From Raillietiella orientalis (Eukaryota), in contig JAYWIR010000002.1 in NCBI GenBank assembly GCA_036172245.1, positions 3,472,001 through 3,536,000 of the forward strand: a stretch of DNA of 64,000 bases. Direction: 5' to 3'. This document shows positions 25,111-40,371 of the stretch, piece by piece (position 1 is the first letter of the stretch; every line of letters begins with the position of its first letter). Position numbers and translations under genes: made by a program. The notes under the pieces are model-generated. The model searched no databases. It saw nothing but the letters and a program-made list of their open reading frames with translations, and was not told where the DNA came from.

Positions 25111-25715
25111 GAGAAACCTTTTATTGGAAAACACTCGAAAATGCAGTCCCTGACGAAAGAGCATTTGCGTCAGAAGATAACATGAAAAATGAAACAGCAT
25201 TTTAAACTGTCGAGTACCATGCTATTCGAGATTCCAGGGTTGCTTGGGGCGATTACATACCCATCTTCGTCGGTACATACTGTTTATATACACATTTATC
25301 ACTTTTCCCGGCAAATGCACCTCGGCATACACAAATAATCACTGAATACAGTCAACACAGCGAAAATTTCCAAACAAAGCACGGATACGAAAGCGCTGCC
25401 ACAGCAGACACTAAGCAACACGAAAATTACTTTGGAAAACAACTGGTTGCCGGGGAAACGTTTCTCTGCCGAGTCTCCCGTTTCCTCGCGCTTCGCCTTA
25501 GCACCTTCCTCACCCTGCAGCGCAGCAAATGCATCTTCTTAGCAGGGAAAATTACATACCACCATGATCATTACATAAAGTGAAGTCCAAAATAATCGTT
25601 CTAATAAAATCATACGCGTCCGAAGTGTATGGCATAACAAGAATACAATGAAAGAACGTATACGTGTTTTGACTAGATAAGCAGATACTGCGTAAAAATG
25701 GCACAAATACGGGGG

Positions 25716-28700
25716 TCAAACTGTGAATCTGGTCTCTGTGCCTTCGGCACACATCAGGCAGACAGTCCGGTTGCTGATCCAGACGAGACGGACGGCGCGG
25801 AATGCGTTCTGGCGAATGTTTTCGGGAAGTGGGGCCGTGGCCACAGTGCGGATGCACCTGGTCTGCGACGCCCCCAGGCCAAATATTCCCGCGAACGACT
25901 ACGGAAAGCGATTTAGGAATAAGGGGGCCACCTCATCCGTCCACCAACCTGCCAAAAGGACAAACAGTTGTCTGCAGAGAAACTGGCCAGGAAGCGGCCG
26001 TCTCCGGAAAACGAACACGCGATAATGGGAGTCTTGTGCGCCATAAGCGTCTGGCAGCGGGATGCTTTCAGCTCATACAGAACCAACTGCCCGCTTCGGC
26101 CTGCAACGGCGATTCGCCGAGCACTCAAGCAATGATGGATGTTTGGAAAGAAGGAAAAAGGGGAGAACACGTCTGTCAAGCAGTGCGCCCTCAGATGGCT
26201 ATGATCCACACAGTACAAGAATACATCCATGAGCTCTGGAAGCAAAGGAAGCAGTTCATTCTGCATCCGAGTGGCCAGAATATTCAAGAGATGCAAGATT
26301 TCGGGTTTCACTTTGCCCAGAACGTTTCCGGAACTGGATAAGCTGGAGGCTTGCACACTTGGTGAGAGAGTGTGACAGCGTGTTACTTCCTTAGCAAGAT
26401 TGCTGATGAATGCTTCCGGGCGAGATGTTGCTATCATTGTGAGAGCACGACGTGCAGTTCGAGCCAAATCCACAGGCACGGGCAGAGGCAGGGCAAACGA
26501 ATCACTAAAGAAAACAACAAGCTGGTGCAATGAGTGGGGCAAGTGCTCACCTGGGAATGAACCTGTCACCTTGACAGCACATCTCAAACAATATCAAAAT
26601 GACACGCGACGCATCTAGGAAAGGCTCCCAAACGGGAAATCCTCTACCCAGAATATCAACTGCTGCCTGGCATGCAGCTATGCGTATTGGAAATTTCCCC
26701 ATGGAAGAATCTAAAATCAAGTGCATGAGAGCAGCATCTGAAGCAACTCTCATAATCCAAGACTCAAGGTATCAGTCCCTGCTCACATATATTTCTGAAA
26801 ACCTTCCCGGAAAGCGTATCAAAGAGAGTTGTGGACGAACTTTTCCTTCTACCAGTCTCTTTGGCAGAGTTTCCGAATTCTGCACCCAGAATACCCATTA
26901 GAATTATGACTGCTTCTTGCTGCAGGTGCCTCTCAAATGATCCCACAGCTCCTCTACGACCATCTAGCCAGAAATCGTGTCATGAAATTTGACCCTTTTG
27001 CATTACTTGGGTCCTCCTCTTCCATCTCTTGTTCATCAGTTTCATCCTTCAAATCAGCTTCTTTCTTAGCTCCAGAGTTATTTTCCAGGTTGTTGCATAA
27101 GTTGAACTGAGATATGGGATCACTATAGGGAGGAAGAGAGGAAATCCATTCGTCAACAAGCATCTGTCGTCCTTTAGAACCCATTCTATTCATCTCTGAT
27201 AGAATCAAGGTCTGAGCAGCTTCCCTAAACTGCATGCTTGGAGCTCTGGTCTATTTCACAAAGACATCTGCTAACCTTCATACAGCGATCCTGCCACCTG
27301 CAAGCCAGAGCTTCAAGCACCGGCATGCAATAGGCAGAACTGCCAACTAAATCGGGAAGCAGAACACAGTGTAAGGTGGCCACCATGGTCCAATCTTGCT
27401 TGAAGATCGTGACATCCAAAGATGATCTGAAATTCAAACCTACAGGACCTATGTGAAAACAGCTAGCTCAACATACTTGGATGCAGCAAAAGTAGGTTTC
27501 TCAAGAGAAAGAAGAGTATTGATCAGAGCCAATATGCTAAGCAAATGAGTTGTGGTGATGACAGTAGACAGCTGCCAATGACTGTAACCAGAAAAGTGCT
27601 GGGTAGAAGACGCAGCACTGGTCTTCAGCTTCCCAAAAGGCATCATTAGAGCCATATATCCTAGGTGAAAGATGATGGTCTGATTTTAATTTCTCATTGT
27701 TCAACCGACCTTCATTCAAGAGAGTTCCATAAGAAACGGGAATCTGAGGGCGCAGAAGACCTAAGTGTTCTACACATATGCCATCTAATTTCGTATCCAA
27801 TCCCCATGCACATAGTAAAGAAAGCAAAATCTGAATAGTGTCCCGCAACATGGCAATGCGTGCAGCTCTCCGCGAATCTATAAGCAATTTATCGCAGTCT
27901 AGGGAGAAGGTTAACGTATACCTATCTTGGTTGGTTGGTTTGGATTACTTGTTGTCCCTATGGTTTCACTACTGACGTTACCTACATGGTCCTTCAACAA
28001 CCTCTCCACAGACTCAGCCTTGTCTTTCACTTTCACCAAAAATTCTAAACACGAAACTCAACATTGACATAATGACAGGATTGACCTTTCACCTGCAATC
28101 TTTTTCTGAGCATCAGGCGAAGCTGGCTGAGTCAAAGCAAGCCACTTATCATATTCTGAGGTCAGAACCAGTCCCTGAGTCTCCAAAAAATCTTGAGAAT
28201 ATTGCCTATATTCCTCCTCCAAAAGCTGCACTGAAAACAGCGTTCCAATCTCTCACATCACACAATGTTACCAATTAAAGCTTCAATATCAAAAAACAAC
28301 ACATGGAATTCTGAATCCTGAGGATTACAATGGACACCTTCTATAACCATTGGATACTGTGGAGGTTTTGATTCTTCAGTTTGGTCAGAAATAGCTAACA
28401 TAGGCTGCTGAGCTTGTTGGAATCCACGCTGGGCTGCGAGTCGGAAAGTGGACATATTCCCATGTCGAAGTCCACGGAAAAAATGCACTGCTGGGTTTGC
28501 AAGAAAACAGTCCGTTCCAGTGGGATTGAAGGCAGCCTCACTGCAAGCTTGTAATACTTCGTCTGCCATGCTTTCCCATACCACCCGGTCCAAATGACCA
28601 GTTTCCATCTGCCAAATAGAGACACTACCATCTTCACAATGGACAAGCAGGAAATCGTCACGAGGACGCCATTTAACGTCAACAACAGGAAACACATGAC

Positions 28701-31700
28701 GAGAAGCCATCAAAATGCAACGGCGTTCAAGCAAACTCAACAGACACACACTATGGTCGCTGGCTACACTACACACTGTATGTTGCACACGTGTGCTGCA
28801 GGAAGGAGGAGGTATCAGAATACGCAATATTTCACCAGCTTGCGAAACAAAACGGTGCACTAAACATACTTGGCGCATATCCCATAGACAAACACTGAAG
28901 TCAACTGCACCTGAGAGTAAATAATCAGGATTATACCGGGAGTGCACCAAATGTGGGTATGAGAGACATGTAACACGTCCATCATGGCCTGATAAAATCT
29001 GATATGTGGGAACATTTCCAACATTCAATAAATGATAGGCAATGATTTGCAGAGCAGATCCAACATAAATGGAACCATCATGACAGCCACACACTAGGCA
29101 ACCTGTAGTTGGGATATAAATGCTTGCAGTGATCGTAAGCTCCTCTTCCTGTAAATGCACATCTTAATCTGCCAACTGCATGCATAATTTATACCAGTTC
29201 TCTGAGCAACCATGGTAGCCATGTGATGCATGAAGCCCAAAAATCTTGCAAGCTGCTTCTGACAACAGGTGATTCATCTATGCACAAGGGCTCCTACATG
29301 AAATCAATCATAACTATAAAATTCAACATACCTGCCACAAGTTTAACGTCATTTGAATCTCCAATGGTACTTTGAATTTTCCATACCAACAACTGGCCAT
29401 TCCAATCTCCTCTAATAAGCAATGACACATCAGCACCAAAGGAGAAAGCAAATGCAGGTGGGCATACAAGGCACTTGTCTGTTTCACCTGTTAATGCATA
29501 TAAGAGAGTTGGCTCTCCAGGACTCTGTCCAAGTAAATGAAATTCCTTGCTGTCCACAATACAACTGTAACATCAACTTGTTTGATTTGCTTTAATTAGT
29601 CCACAGCACTATTCACTTGTTAGGCAACATGTATATATAGGCTCCACCTCCATCTGCCCATACCAACACACAATTGGAACTGATAAAATTTCCACCAAGC
29701 CATCGTTCTCCTAATGGACTAGCACAAGAACACAACATGGTGAAATCTCCTGCATCATAAATCTAACCACCAAAATTAATACATGCATTACACTAGTACA
29801 AGTCTGATTACCTGCCAATATTTGGAACAAACAATCAGCACTATCCGCTGGCTGAAAGCACAGCAATTTAGAGTTAAGGCATTAAGACACTGGATGGATT
29901 TGCTTTCATTTTCATAAACAGGACCTCCAGAATAAAACTCTTCCTCCCCCATCATCCACATTTTCACAACACCTGATACTGATATTCCCAAAATCACATC
30001 ATCTGCTTTTGATAAGGTTTCAAGTTATCTGTTCATGGAATAAAAACCTGATCGCTTGTCGATGTGAATTACTTCAAATGCACTGATCCAGTCTGAATGA
30101 AATCGAGATGCCAAAAGCAATAATGTTTGCAGTGTAAGTGGATCAAGAACCACAATATGAGGATAGCCACCATTACAAAATACAACAGTTTGTGAACTGA
30201 ATAATTTATGAGCCTAGAGAAATCATAAATGCCAAATATTATCAAATTCAATTCTACCTGCATTTGATAATGTGCCATTCCTTGCTGGCTACAGACCATG
30301 TAACAACCATCATTCACATTCCATGTGCATGTTTCTCTGAATGAATATGATTGTTATAAGATTAGTAGCCATTAATAACAAAAACAAATACACTCTGAAT
30401 TTATATTTAGAACAAAACTCGTCACACAAATAGCAATACCATTAAATATTTATGCTTTCACATTAAATTTAAATGAGAACTAATTTGAAATCCTTACCCT
30501 TTCTCTGATGAACTTATCAAATAATTTTTTTTCTTCAATTTCACTCCTGTTATACAGATAATAGGCGTGCTGCTTCCAAGTAACAGCATTTTGGGGACCA
30601 TCTGAAAAACACTAAGAGTTGATGTATACTGCATCAATTAAAAATACTCAAGTGATATGTTAAACATTATTTTTTTTAATAATAATGTTTTGCAAAAATT
30701 ATCAAATACGCAACATAATTGATCAATTTGGAAATTTCTATTAAGAATTCTTTTTTTTCATACAGCGACAAGAATGACCCTCATGTGGAATCTCTCTAAA
30801 TTTGAGATAGTTTAAATTATGAATTGTTGGTTTAAAATAAATATATTGAAATATGGATCAACGAATCACTTTATTCAAATCAAAACACTGGAAATACAAT
30901 TCGATTCAGGTTGGCATTCTACTGCTTGCGCAATCAATGGCCCTAAAAGGGAGCATAAGAATCAACACAGAATTACATTCAGCAACAATAACACTGTGAA
31001 AAAACAAGGCATTGACTTTTCAATAAAATCTGAACATGAAGAACTTCCTCCTGAATACAAGAACAGATCAATTGTTCACAAGTTATAATGCCAGGATTGA
31101 TGATGAAGCCCTCATACTAAAACCATGACAAATGCATACAGGGCTTAAATGTAAAACAAGCATCTTCTGGGATATATGATTCATTAACTCTGATTTCCCG
31201 GATTTACAAACTGACTAATGAGAGTGCACCTAGACATCACTAGAATTCATGATATGAATAACGAAACAAACTGGGCAGAACAGCTTCTCTAAAAGTAACA
31301 CCAACCCACATCATGTCCCAAAGAAAGTCTGTTCTTCCCTCAAATAAATGGGAGCTTTCTTTGGCATGGCACCACTGCCACCTCATGCTGAAATGTAAGG
31401 CAAATTCCTCAAAGGATAGAGTTAAATAAAGATCAAGGGTTAGATAATCTTTCTCCATCATAATGCATCGCATAAATGTTGTTTGGATACTGACCGAACA
31501 TGTATCTGTGAACAATCGAAAAACTTCTTTAATGCACATTAATTGCTGTATGCTTCTGTGGTCTTTCGTACATTTTTCATGACCAAATACAGGACCAACG
31601 ATTGCTGGCTGTCTGCATCACTTAACGTAAATTTTCCTCGACGCGAGCAACATTATCGACACCCACTGCTAGAGGTCCCTTTACATCGTAAGAGTTACAT

Positions 31701-34700
31701 CATTACAAGTTTTAACAGTGAGTTCAGGAAACCTGACACTCACAACAACATGCACTTGAAACTCAAAAGAACTTGTGTTCACTATATGTGGCTGAGGACT
31801 GTGCATCATGTAATTCACATCGGCGTCATCATGTAGAGTTTAGAAATCATCCAATGATGAGGTCTGCCCATGCCTACAGATCGTACAGTCCGAAACGGCA
31901 ATGTGCAACATACTACAATGCTTTTTGATCTGCATGTCCTCTTAAATCAGAACCTGATTCATGGAACAAGAAACATGCAACCTTATAACTCGAAAAGTGT
32001 TACTTTAGGCATTCAGCACGGATTCGATCACTAAAGCAAAACATCCAAATTTTGATGGCAAATCCAGCCAAGTACTTCGAAGGTGACCATGACTGAAGGT
32101 ACAAAGTGGGCAGCTAATACATCTGATTGAGACTTCAAAAGCATACACCACAAGGCCATGGAAAATTTTTCAGATGATTTCAAACACAGCATAAAGAGAG
32201 ATTTAGAGAATTCCTCAACAGTCAGTATAGCTCTTAGTGCTTCCCACATATATGCTCAAGTGACCAATGATTCGCAAAATGTGTTCCTTATCTTCACAAG
32301 GATGGACATGTGGACATACTTCATGGAATTGGGAGATGCAGAACATGTTGTTCTTGGCATAAAAGATGCATTCGGAAAAGTACCTATGCACTCAAATTGT
32401 TTGGCAAACTTATCATGTTGCAACTGAAAGCAAAACGTGAAATATTAAGATTCCATTCATCTGATGCTAGTATTATTAGATAATTAGATGCTGATAACTG
32501 GTAATATCTGCTACACATATGACTAAAAAATTGTGAACTCTGACGATTATATATCAATGGATCAATTCTACATAATGCCGAACGAATAACTCCATGGACT
32601 AATCACTGTTAATTGACTCTTGGATTTTGTTCGGTATTCCCCATGGAGTTCGAAATAAATTTAAGTACACTTATGATTCCCTTCAGTAAATTTTCTATTT
32701 ATATACCAAACAGTGTTTCTGGAGTGATCGCGATGTTCGATCCTAACATCGAATGCTGACTCTTTTGTAACCATGCATTTCTTTGATCCTTGCCATTTTT
32801 GAAGATGCGAATGAGAAAAAGGTATTGGAAAAAAAAAAAAAACCGAAATACAAGAATAAGAAATTAGACTTCCTTTTTCTTTTCTTTTTTTGGAAGAGAG
32901 AGAGATTTCTACAGACTCCTGCTTTTCATTATAAACAAATTCAAGTTCAAAAGTATGCAGGATTTTGACAGCAATTTGCTCCATTTCTTCTGAGACCACT
33001 GAGATCAGGAGATAATTACAAAATTTATCATTTACATCGGCACCCTTACAGAAGTAAGTTTTATAATTTGATCCTTTGCAAATAATAGCTCTAATAGTTT
33101 TATTAATAGTAATTTATCGCTTTACAGGGTCACTTTCAATTATTCAGAATATACATTCAAACTACTGATACAGTTATCAACTTCCTCCCTAATACTATTA
33201 TTCATCTTAATTCAAAGCAAGTCTTTTAATCTGATCTTCACAATTTTTTTTTTTATTTTGAGATTTTTGGGTTATTTTTCTGTTTGTCAAAAGTTGCTAG
33301 CAAAGAGATCCAAGCCTCCTCTTCCTATATACCATTTTGACAATCGGTGCTGGCAATTAAGGTAACAAGTTATTCCCTTGTACCATTGCCCATGACAAAT
33401 GTCATTCATTCTAAATTAATGATCAGCAATTTGAGATGGATTTGCTTTCTTGAGGCTTGCTTTTATGTTTAGCAAGGTCACACAATTTCCCCATATTTTC
33501 AACAACTATGCTTGTTCTCAACTGTATCATCTTTATAAATGATTATTCAAGAAACTTCTTATATTTAAAAAGTAATTCCATTCTTTAACACAGTGCTTAC
33601 ACAACAACTTCCTTATAAGTTCGTAAAACGCACAAAATTCCATTGATGCATCCTAGAATCTTGTAAACAAATCCTTCCATCCCGAAGATGCGATTAAGGT
33701 TATCTCCATATTCATTCTGATAATTCCTGCAATATTAATTGTTTACTAATAAAGCAGAAATACATCTTTGAGAAATATTAGTTGAATTTGAACTTTGAAC
33801 ATTAAGCATCTGTCTCAGAACATCAATGGATTCAGTACTCGCACTTCTGTGGGATTCACTTGTATCAGCAGATGTCCTGATGAGCTGAAGTAAACTCAAT
33901 TGTTATACTCAGGCATGCAGTCTTTTGGGATTTGATGTTCGTTTTCCATGTTTCTTACTTTAGTTACATACAACTAATTCAATGACTCTTGATTTCAAGG
34001 GGAAAAAATATGCTGAACAAAGTAACAGCATTAATATCAATATTTAGTTTGTTATCTTGATCAGCATTAATATCACTCTGATTCCAAATTGGGATAAGAC
34101 TGTGAATCTTCAAATCCTAACTCCGCTTCCTTCTTGTTCTTCTAGTAAACTGATAATCCAAAGCGATATTTCACTAGCAGACATTTCTTCATTTAACCAA
34201 ACATGTAAATCAAACTCCTGTTTCCATAATTGTGCTCTTGGTCCCTAATTACAGTTGTTGTTTTTTTCTTATCAATTGATCATTTTCTAGAATTCTCTGA
34301 TCATTTCTCAAACTAGAACTTCTTTATGTTGAGTTTTTCTGATTACTCAAAACATAAACTAGCAAGTTACAATCATTGGCATTTTGCAGATACAGTTCCT
34401 ATGATTTTTTTGATACAATGCTTTTTTTGAAGAAAAGAGAAAAATGTGTTCAATTTTCAATAGATGCAACTTTACTTATTGAATTATTAATCTAATTCAT
34501 TGAAAAGAACAAGTTATGGTGTCATGAACTGATGATCAAAGCATTACATATACATATCATATATGTACGTTTGCAATTTTGAGCAATGTCATAAATCACT
34601 AAAAGATTGCAGGTCTTAGATTCAAAAATGCTGCTGTAAACAGTATACTCATTAGAAGTTCACTAAACAACAACAACAATCAATAGCATGCAGAAAATAA

Positions 34701-35499
34701 CATGCACACCAAATCAATTTCTGGAAAAGTTCTGGACTTGAAGATATGATATTCCTTGTTTGCATACTATTTTGAATCTCCCAAGTGAAAACAAACTACC
34801 TAAATATTGAAATGGCAATTTATAACCCATATTACACTTTCATCTTTCTCAGTTCTGATGAATCAAAAATCTTGAACATATTATTTACTTAATCATTTTA
34901 GCTCAGTTACTCTAATCCATGCTGGAATTCACTATGGGCACACAAAGTTATTGTAACTTTTTACGATTTGTAAGAATGCCACACACTTTCAAATAATGCT
35001 TTCAATATTAGCTTCCATCATGGAGCTAATGTTTAAATTTGTGTATGTAATATACACACATAATATATATGCATGTATCTCATATGTATTGATATAAATG
35101 CATGTGTTTTTTAAGAGAATACGTCGAAGCAAGGGATCACCTTAACGTTTCACTTAAGTGAACTTTCACAAACTTACCCCTATGCAATTCACATAAGTCA
35201 CACAGAGTATTCAGGGAGTATGCCAAAACTGCATATGAAAAGGTAACATTAACACTCTTTCAAATATGAACGCGTAAAATCTTGTCAATTATAAAATGAA
35301 TGCTGAAATGCACTAAGAATTTCAAGGATCATACCTCCAAAGCTGACAATGTGAGATCCCACAGCAAAATCTGCCCATCATTAGTACCAGTAACTACTAT
35401 CCTGATCTCCTCAAAATAATAGATACATGAAATGCAATGAGTTGGTGGTTGTTTGCCCCAAATCACAATTGGCACTATCAGATTTTCATAAAACGACAT
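25716..35499 (-). CDS. WDR7: WD-repeat protein 7 / Rabconnectin-3 beta
   Basis: First coding exon 35499-35335 (MSFYENLIVPIVIWGKQPPTHCISC...GQILLWD), 4.7-kb intron, then exons 30601-30498, 30336-30258 and many more separated mostly by 41-54 nt introns. Motifs DWISA, CAFSQRIVLIVCSKYWQ, SGAVDFSVCLWD, KWRPRDDFL, GILGAEFG, GRGFPVWEPFLD, C-terminus RLVWISNRTV..ETRFTV* (stop 25716-25718). Confidence 0.93.
30900..32430 (+). mobile_element. Decayed LINE (RTE-like) in the large WDR7 intron, antisense to the gene
   Basis: HRITFSNNNTVKKQGIDFSIK (APE xxSG...GVGF.I) followed downstream by STVSIALSASHIYAQV and HVVLGIKDAFGKVP (RT YRxISLL..YK and FID..KAFD.V). Many stops. Confidence 0.45.
33300..34250 (-). 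mobile_element. Possible second LINE RT remnant in the WDR7 intron
   Basis: Minus frame SHRSASTESIDVLRQML resembles GFR..RST.D.IF.LRQ. The rest is very degenerate. Confidence 0.25.
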
Positions 35500-37449
35500 T
35501 CTGTAATCAGATGCAGTTTAACCTATGGAGGACTGGCACCATATTTTCCAAAATTAATGAAATCTGCTTCATTGTTAATAGAATCATTTGTAGAAAGGAG
35601 GAGGAGGAGATTAGGAATCGTTTGCATTACCAGTCCTAAAAAAGCATTCAACTTCTTCTGAGCAAAAAATCAACTGCAATGCTGTTTGCAGAATATGCAT
35701 ATAATTCAAAAATCAATGCTCCGACGGCAATTTAACATTCATAAATACAGAGCACCATGCATAATGAGATAATATAAATAATATTTCAATATAACCACTA
35801 CATGAAAAATCGAAAAGTCAGTATCAAATGGCGCTTTTGCTCAAATTCATTTATTTTACTGAAAAAGGGATATCAACAAACACAAGATCCAGTTCTTATT
35901 TCCAGGTGAACGTACGAATCACATGACGGAAAACTGGGTTCATTATGTTATTACTCGAAAACAGCGTCGGACCCTACTACAACTTTATGGAACTGAATAA
36001 TCATCTAAAAGAATCGCATTTCGGCCCAACCACCTCCACTGGCAATCAAGTTGATGGCAAAGTGGCAAAAGCCACAGAAAGCTCTCCCACAGAAAGGCAT
36101 GGGCAGCAACCCACTTCACGTTTACCCCCAACCCCCCCCCCCCCCCGAAAAGTCAGCTCGTCGAAACACACACGTAGACACGGGAAGTGCAAATCGAAGG
36201 ACCAACCGAAAAGCTCGGGGGAACGGGAAAAATGCATGCACGGGGAAGAAGAAAAAACAAATAAATAAATAAACTTCCGCTGGCTGAGGTCCCTCGCGAA
36301 ACAGTGAGCACACGTCTCGTAACGCATCCACATCCACTCGCTCCCCGGATTAAAAAAAAAAAAAAAAAGAAAAAAACCAAAAAAAAAGAAAAAAAGGGGG
36401 GGGGGGGGAAACCACCAGCAACCGTGGACGGACGTCTTGCAGAGGATCGAACTGGGGAGCCACCCCTCTCCCCCATCCGGCCCAAACCACTTCCACGCGT
36501 CCCTCCCGCTGCCGTCGCCGCCGCGCACACACACTCGGAGGCCGCCCGATGCTCATTACGGTTGAGCGGAACAACTGCAGGGCTCGGGCGCGCGAGGGAC
36601 CCCAGCCACTCCGGGAGGCTCCACGACGGAGCAGGCTGCAGCAGCAGTCGTGGCCGTTATGGATTGGAAAGACACATTGCAGTTTTTCCTCCCCTTCGTC
36701 TTCTTCTTCTTCTTTCCCTTTTTTCTTTTTTTTCAGGAGGGGGGGTGGGCAGTTGATAGGTCGCACGCTCGACTGACCTCAGCAAAGCGTCGAAGAAGAA
36801 AATTTACGCTTCCTGACTTTTAGCAAGTGTGGCGATATGGTCAAGGAAGGTTTCTTTTAAACGATGTAATCCAAATAATCGAGAAACAGCATATCTTTAT
36901 TTCCTCCATCAGAGGCACGACACGGGAACTATCAGAACAAAGCCACGAGAACATTTAGAAAGGCATCTAAAGTGAGACAAGAAAGGCACAGTCCTTCAGT
37001 TACCCCCCGCATGCATCATTTCCTATCATTTGCTTTAATCCGAGTTAAAGGGAACAAATGACAAAGCAGTAGGACATAAAGCACACTTTCTTAGATGTTT
37101 AATGAAAACGTTTAAAGAGGGCACGGCATCCATTCAGTGTGCAGACCTTCCAACGCGCGGTCGAATTTCCATCATGGGCTCAGCATGTCGACTATCTGCA
37201 ATGCAGCCGAATGAGAATAATCAAATCTTAGTATAGCCCTGTCCTAGCAGTGCTGTTTAAGCCTCACACGCTGCAACTATGCTGTTCTTTCGTTTCATTT
37301 TTAGGCAGAGTCTAGTTTTCACTCAAGAGATTTCTCTTGGATTCCAAGTTACATGACTCCTTATACTGTGAGCGATCCGGTGAATGGCTGGCGATGAAGC
37401 CAGCATGCTTTTGCACTGATAAAAGAAACCGAGAAATCTGAATTCACTG

Positions 37450-38400
37450 CAACATTTCATGAAACTTCCCGATCCGAAGAAACAAACGTGCAGCGTGCCC
37501 TTCGAAGCAAACCCACACCCCCCCACGCCTTCTTGGAAGATACCGTCAGGTAGCTGCTGCCTGCGAACCAAGGCAGCATCGGGACCAGTTCGGCAGTCCA
37601 TTGCATGTGCTGGGAAGAAGAGGTCAACGTGGGGGCCGAAGGTGCCCGGGAAGAGAGGACGGTGGGATACAGAAACGCAAACGTGTTCTGGGTATGCCAC
37701 TTCAAGAGTCGTGTGCTGGCAAGGCACCGCCCAGAGAGTCCCCAGCTGCCCTCGGCTAGTCGCCGTCTACCCTTCCGATAGCTATGGGTGCAGTTCTCCG
37801 GGATCGACTGTCGTAGGGGTTGGCGGCAGGAAGCGGGTCTTTGCTGGGCGGGTGCAGAAATCCGTGTGAGCGGGAGAGGGGAAGTAGAGCCACATTCCAT
37901 GACAGGAAGGTCCGATCGAAACTGGTCTGAGAGCGTCTGCGACAGCACGAGCTGCGAAGCAGACGCATGCCCGAGTTCGAACTGCCCGACCGAGTAGTCC
38001 AGTTCGATTTATGAACGTCGCCATGGCTTCGCAACCCGCTGGTCAACTGTAACCGCCAGCTCTTCCAGAAGTCAACGAAATGGTAGGCTCTCAACTGATT
38101 TGGGATGAATTCGACAGAAGTTCCAACATCGGGACATATCGAGGCGGAACTCGAAATCGCCGACTTGAGGAGGAGGAAGAGCAGCTCGTCAGCTGAGGAT
38201 GGCCAACATTTCCGAGACGTCTAGGAGAGCTGGTGAGGTTCCTGAGGATCTTCCCCACGATCACGGAATCGCAAGAACCTTCTTCTTCCTGAGCTGCAAC
38301 TATCTTCCGGCGAGCACCGTTTCCTCTCCTCGCATCTCCAAGAAGCTGAGCAAAGGACATTTCGATTTTCTGGTGCTGTCGAAAGTCTCAACAGGTCACC
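37450..38400 (-). mobile_element. Decayed L2/CR1-like LINE endonuclease region
   Basis: Minus frame with stops: QVGDFEFRLD (GDFNxHxD), LLEELAVTVDQRVAKP..IELDY (L.Q.V..PT...LDL), TLSDQF (SDH), later PTLTSSSQH..LPWFAG (PWF). Confidence 0.5.
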
Positions 38401-40371
38401 CACGAAACTACGCTCCGGCAGGCCTTTCTTTCATCCAGCATGCGCCTTCCACCTGCAGTGTCCTGCTGCACCGAGTCTGATGCCAAGTTGAGTGTCAGGA
38501 AGCGAGAGCTCCTTGTGAAATCTGGCTATCGGAAGAGTGGGCACGGAAGGACAGGAGTAAGCTCTTCCGAGACGGCGTCGCACAGAAAGTGGAAGAGGAG
38601 GGAGGGGGCTTACCTTATGCGGGACACACGTATGCATATATTGTGCGCGAGTATCCATATTCGTACGTACTTGTAGGTGTGCTTGTACGCATCATTAAGA
38701 GACGGGTTCGGAAAATATGCTTTAGAACAAATTAGCGTTCTAAGCTCAGAAAAACATCTGAAAACTTGATCTGCAGACCATAGATGATGCCCTCAATGCG
38801 GCAACCATCAGTTTGTTGGGTGCTGAGAACACGATATGCTCCTGGTAATTCACGGGCTGGAGAGCAGCCCGCCGAATGCAAAAGGAAATTACTCTATTTT
38901 GTAACCCTTGCTTGGAAGCTGAAACCTCACCGCACCGCACCTCACCGTCCTCTTAAGACCACAACCCAGCGTGGAGTGCGGTTTAAACCGCCAGCGAATA
39001 ATCACGGAAAAAAGAAATGCAAACAGCTGTTCATCATTGGGCCTCAGAGAAGACGGAAATGGCTAGAAAAGTGCTTTACCTCTTGGTACAAATTTAAGCT
39101 CCTTAAGGGTCGGTGGTACAGTTGTCTACTCAAGCGAGTCAGCAATACCGTTTCATTTTTCAATGTCAGTGATGGCTCCCTGCTTTCAGATCGGAAACAT
39201 TGAGACCCATCGCATGACAATTATAGATTAGAAATTTCGTCTCATCTTTTGTGTTGCAAGCTATGTATGGCAGTCACTCGTCTCCTTAATGTACAAGCTT
39301 CATCATCACTGATGACTCATGTGGTGCTTCTGGCAGTTACTAACACACTCGAATATTGATTACTAGGATCTAATGATTAATCAGCTTCAACCGTGATGCA
39401 ATGGTGCTACAAATTGATTTAGCTACTACAGCCGAGCTAATCCAAGGACGGCCTAAGGGCTCCACACGTCACAGATGTTTCTCAGCTATGACGCAGAGGC
39501 GAAACGTTGCGCAGACACCGAACAAGGGCCAGCTCGACTTCAAGTTTGAACGAACAAACCACCTTTTCAAGGTTCCATCGTTCGGGCGCTCTCCGTTTGC
39601 AACGCAAAGACTGAGACTCCTCGTTCCACGGCCTACCCAAGACCTTGGAGCATATCTACTGATCCTCCCCACCGTAGTAAGCATGCACCCATGTCACTTC
39701 AAACGTCGTCGTAGATCGGAACGCCCCCAGTGGTTTCGTGGAGCTGTTTCGCCCACGAAACCAGAAGTCCAGCGAAAGACCAGTCATGGCGGCACGACTA
39801 CCATGGCAACACGAAAAAAACTACCAACAACTTGGGCGTACGTGGGAAAACCCATTCAGAATGCAGAAACATGCATACCCGGGCAAAATAATTCTCCCCC
39901 AAATGTGGAGCAGCGACGGAAGTGAACCTTTCGGAAGGATGCATAAACTGATCGACTGTGTTACGACAACGTTCGCTTCCGGTCAGGCAAATTTTCTGGA
40001 ACGCGGACGTAATCCAGGTCAGGCGAGCCAGCTAGCACTTTCGACGAAGAAAGCAAAGTTGGACACAGGGGTTTCCAAGCTACAACTTTTTGCGGCCTAC
40101 AGCTGCTCACCACTTCCAACACATTTGCGAGCACCGCTTAACACTAAGCATTGATGACTTCACGAAACTTCGACGGCCAGCGAGACTTTCCCGTTTAAAC
40201 GTTTTGTCTCTGGAGCGGACGCCCCGAGGCGGTTTCGCCTGGAACGTTATTTTCCGCGTTTCAATGCAACCGCTCCACAGCTTCCTAATGTCTATAAAGC
40301 AGCTTGTAAAAAGGACAAAAAAAATATGTAGCTATATTTGCTATGTAAAGTTTAAAAAAAAAAAAAAAAAA

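Noticed and set aside
27899..27921. Possible 23-nt ultra-short intron in WDR7 (gtatacgttaaccttctccctag)
   Set aside because: A same-phase upstream donor (g|gtaacg) gives an ordinary 83-nt intron, which is more parsimonious. It cannot be settled without RNA-seq.
39000..40100. Possible additional LINE RT remnant
   Set aside because: Only faint motif echoes; not enough to support a call.
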